From: Marsupella aquatica
Taxonomy: Eukaryota > Plantae > Marchantiophyta
Assembly: GCA_973895155.1 (NCBI GenBank)
Contig: OZ316893.1
Span: forward strand, 26,028,798 to 26,092,797
DNA: 64,000 bases
Direction: 5' to 3'
The position numbers and the translations under genes were made by a program. Below, piece after piece: positions 60,416 to 64,000 of the stretch (within the stretch, counting starts at the first letter, position 1; the number at the start of each line of letters is the position of its first letter). The notes below the pieces were generated by a model. It was not told where the DNA came from and did not search any database. It saw only the letters and a list, made by a program, of their open reading frames with translations.

Positions 60416-63400
60416 CTACTTCCTTCTCTTTCGCCCCTTGCCTTTACCAAGTTGACCAGACTTGAACCCGGACTCCTGCTCTTGAAGAAATTGCATTGCC
60501 CGGCCATACTTCTCCTTTCGCTCCTCTTCATGCACAGCTTTCTCTCTTCTCTTCTCTTCCAAAAGAAAGTAATTATCTTTTCGAAGCTCGCGTGCCGCCC
60601 CTTTTGCCTCGCTCTTGACTTGCTTCTGTAGCTTCTTCTTTTCTGCTCTCTCACGATCTGGATCGTAATTTCGTCCGTGCACATAACTGTTCACAAAACC
60701 AGCCATCAGAAACTTCAATTCCACCAACATACCTTTGCTAAGAAAGCCACATCACTATGTGGAAACAATAATCCAAAGACCACAGTTATCACACTCACCT
60801 CTCCCTCATTGCATAACCAAAATTCTATTAACGCTGAGCACTAGGTGGTTCGATATCCTCCTCGAAATAACTGCAGCTATCTATATTGAGATTACACCAA
60901 TGCAAGGCACGAAATCTTACTTCTCCTCGAATTTGGGATTGAACTGTTTTATGGGCGTTGGCTTCTTCAATCGCATTCTCAAAGGCTGTCGCATGAGCTC
61001 AGAGTCCTTCAATTTGACCTCAATAGACTGTGCCACATCGGATCGGAGGCGTTCTAGCTTCTCGGGAAGGACCAGTTCTGTACCCATCGTTTGCAAAACT
61101 ACCAGCAGCGGGGAGAAGATCTCTGAGAAAGAGACGATGCCTCCATAGAGAGTAACAAAACTGTTTAATGTCTGAAGAATACTTTGAAGGATACCACACC
61201 TGCGACCGGATACCAAACAGTGAGAAATGACAATATATGATGTCAACAACACCGCTTTTAAGAATCTGTTGCGGAAGAGAGAACCGCAAAAACAACTTCA
61301 TACCCAATAACAAAAGAGTTCTGTGCGTTGAAAGATCAAATAGGGTACCTAATTTTATCAGAGTCAAATATTGTCGCATTATCTTCAGCTGTCATCAGTG
61401 TAAAAAAGTCGAGATCAAAGGATACCATAGCTCGAGCATTATTTCCCTTCAGCTGGAGCCATGGGTTTGAGCCTGCGAGCTCCACCATGAATACTGGACA
61501 CTACTCACAGCAACCCAGAATTGGACGTGTTAGTATGCGATTTTCTTTAAGAACTACACTTCAAATAGAAAGCTGTCTACGAATCAACTAAGTTGTATGC
61601 ACACGCGTACCAATAAATAGTGCACAACAGGTTTGAATGCCCTACCAAAGATCTTGCAGATTGATTAGCTTGTGCCGGTAATGCAGAGATCAGTAAGGCC
61701 AAAATAAAGTTGAGTACTTCTGGGCAAAATCGCTTGGCTTCATTCAAAACCTGCCACATTAAAGGGTGCAACGTTACGGGCCATTTAGTATACCCGAAAC
61801 TCCCAGTCAATGCGGAAAGGAACGAGCCAGAGTACTCTTTTGGACTTGGCCAGCTACACAGAGTCAAGGACAACTTCAATGTTTGACAAGCGAAAAGGAT
61901 CTGGAGAGGAAACTTACAGAAAAGAGAAGATTACAGAGGAATGATCCTGCTACAATATCTCGGGTTGAGGTAATAGGGCAACGCATCAAATATTCTGCCA
62001 TCAGCAAAGTCGATGGCGTCATAACTGGGTGCCGAAAGTCTGATGGTGGGAAGATCAGAGACCAAAACCTAAGAAGCAGGAGAGTCCTCAGTGTCGGCCA
62101 GCAGCTACTCCCATCTGCATCAAATGCAACATAGATTGTTTTCAGACAATCAAGACCTTTAAACACTTCCCAACAATACGCATGACCCATACACTAACCT
62201 GTAAAACAACCCCACAAAGACGGCTTAGACATCAATCGGAAGATTCATTATAGACTGCATCTTCACATTTTGGAAAGCCTGAACTGATCTCCGGTCAGGC
62301 CCTAAAGACCACCATGGCATAAACCGCCTGTTCGTGAAGCTTCTCACTAACCTGGATTTTTCAATTTCTCTGTGAGTTGGCCATGCATGTGCACAAGGCG
62401 CTGACGTGCACAATGTGCTGCAAAATAAGGTGTCTCTGAACTCAGTTCAATGAGTGGCTTTGTTATCAGATTTATTCTGATCAAGGAGAAGGGTCTTTGT
62501 ATTGCAAGAGACCCAAAATATTGCAGCAGTACGTTGTAGAAAACCTGGCAAATCAGATCAAGCAATGTACAGAGGGTAAGAAAAAGCCAAATGATTGCAA
62601 TCCGCTGTCATTGATGGGTACAGATGCCTAGAGATGGCTACGGAAAGTACCCGTAATCCAAACGTCTCCTAGTTCTAAATTGCATAGTTTCCACAAATGA
62701 AAACTCTATCTGCATACCTTGCCTCGCCAACTCTCTCACTAGTGTATTCAGAAATGGCTCTAGGGACGAACTAAAGAGCGAATATGAGATACGTGCCTGC
62801 ATCTTTTTCCGATTCTCTGCGGCCAAGCTAATTGCGTTGCAGGTCCTAATCCGTTGAATTGCGACCCCAAGATCATCGGTCGACTTGTGATCCACAAGAG
62901 TTCGAAATTCTCCCAGTGTTTGCGGCGCATTGATAACAAACGGAAGCATATCAAATTCGTTCACTTCAACGCGTGGCTTCTTTGTACCTGTCTCCATGAC
63001 CGCCTTTTTCTTTCCCTTGTCTAATTTCGTTTCACTTTCCCGGGCGGAGATCTCCTTCCCAGGCGGTTGCTTATGGCTTAGCTGCCTACTCGGCACATCG
63101 TCCTCGTCTGACAGTTCATGACCGGAAACACCTTCTTCGACACTGTCATAATCGTCGTCCTGAACGTCCTCATCTTCATCCTCGTCCTCGTCCTGCTCAT
63201 CTTCTCCATCTTCTTCTGCACTACTGTCCTCTGCGCTGCCCTCCTCCTGATCACCAGTCCTAGCAAGTACCTCATCCACCCAGCCTTGACCATCCTGTTC
63301 ATCATCGTCCAGCACAAAATTTTCTCCCAAATCATCACCGCTTATTTCCAATCTTTTTTTCTTTCTTTGCTTTCTACTACCCGGTTCCTCGTCACTTTCG

Positions 63401-63839
63401 TCACTTTCTTCATCAGAATCTGGAGCGCCTAGCATTCTTTTCTTGCGCTTTTTCTGCAAGGAAATTGAACACAATCAGCCACTACGCTTGGTTCTAAAAT
63501 GCTCGGCATAATATAATCTAGGAACAGATTTGCCCTAGGAATTCAAACGACAGACAAACTTAGATGCTGCTTTTTATCCGCCCAACTAATTTAGAGCCCG
63601 GTGGACGAATTTCAAAGTCCACAGCACTCCAACTAAGACAGCCAAAGTCAACAAGTAAACCACTCAGAAAGGACGATAGACTGCAAAAGAATCAACAAAT
63701 CCGGCTTCACCTCAAGGGTTTCAAGGCGCTCCCTTTCCTCCTTAACTATCTCCTCTGCTGTTTTAAGTCTATCTCCAGCATGTCCCCGAATGTCAAAAAC
63801 CATTTCCTTAATGAGCTTGTCGAACTCGTCTGGCTTGTC
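60416..63839 (-). CDS. NOP14: Nucleolar protein 14 (SSU processome); 3' portion only, 5' exons lie beyond the window
   Basis: Exons: 63839-63711, 63453-62797 (GC donor), 62544-62352, 62114-61918, 61750-61646, 61500-61349, 61199-60921, 60686-60416. Total 1983 nt, in frame. Motifs: DKLIKEMVFD..GDRLKTAEE, SGDDLGENF, ENRKKMQVFYNVLLQYF, IFPPSDFRHPVMTP, KRFCPE, PIKQFNPKFEE, EAKGAARELRKDNYF, GQLGKGKGRKRRK. Confidence 0.96.
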
Positions 63840-64000
63840 CTGTTACAGGACCACAACAAATCACTTTGTTATTTCTAATCCATTCCCATCCATTTGGTTG
63901 GCAGACCAAATGCACAGCACTCAAAGTCACGACATACCCCCGGTACACACTCATTTTGATCCCAAAAAATACCACGACAGACACCAACGACAAAGTAGAT

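Noticed and set aside
405-63839. Functional gene cluster linking TFIIIC90, LOX, BTB and NOP14
   Set aside because: Unrelated pathways, separated by long repeat-rich spacers; no shared regulatory signal seen.

Overview
Eukaryotic, intron-rich land-plant DNA; a bryophyte/liverwort-like genome is an inference from gene style, not proven. Four host genes could be reconstructed exon by exon with frame-consistent splice junctions. (1) + strand, 405-9601: 18-exon TFIIIC90/delta (GTF3C4-like) WD40 gene that unexpectedly carries an internal tandem Agenet/Tudor module. (2) - strand, 17181-10827, convergent with (1): 12-exon, probably plastid-targeted lipoxygenase with intact iron ligands but an unusual His-rich segment. 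(3) + strand, 48633-51002: 2-exon At1g63850-type BTB/POZ gene preceded by uORFs. (4) - strand, ending at 60416: 3' part of NOP14, truncated by the window end. Three of the 36 complete introns need GC donors. The 17-48 kb and 52-59 kb intervals hold MITEs, a TSD-flanked retroposed fragment, a tRNA-derived SINE, decayed LINE remains, tandem repeats, an orphan ORF, a miR536-like 17-mer and a probable decayed DDE DNA transposon with repeat arrays. All family assignments come from motif recognition by eye; no database search was run.
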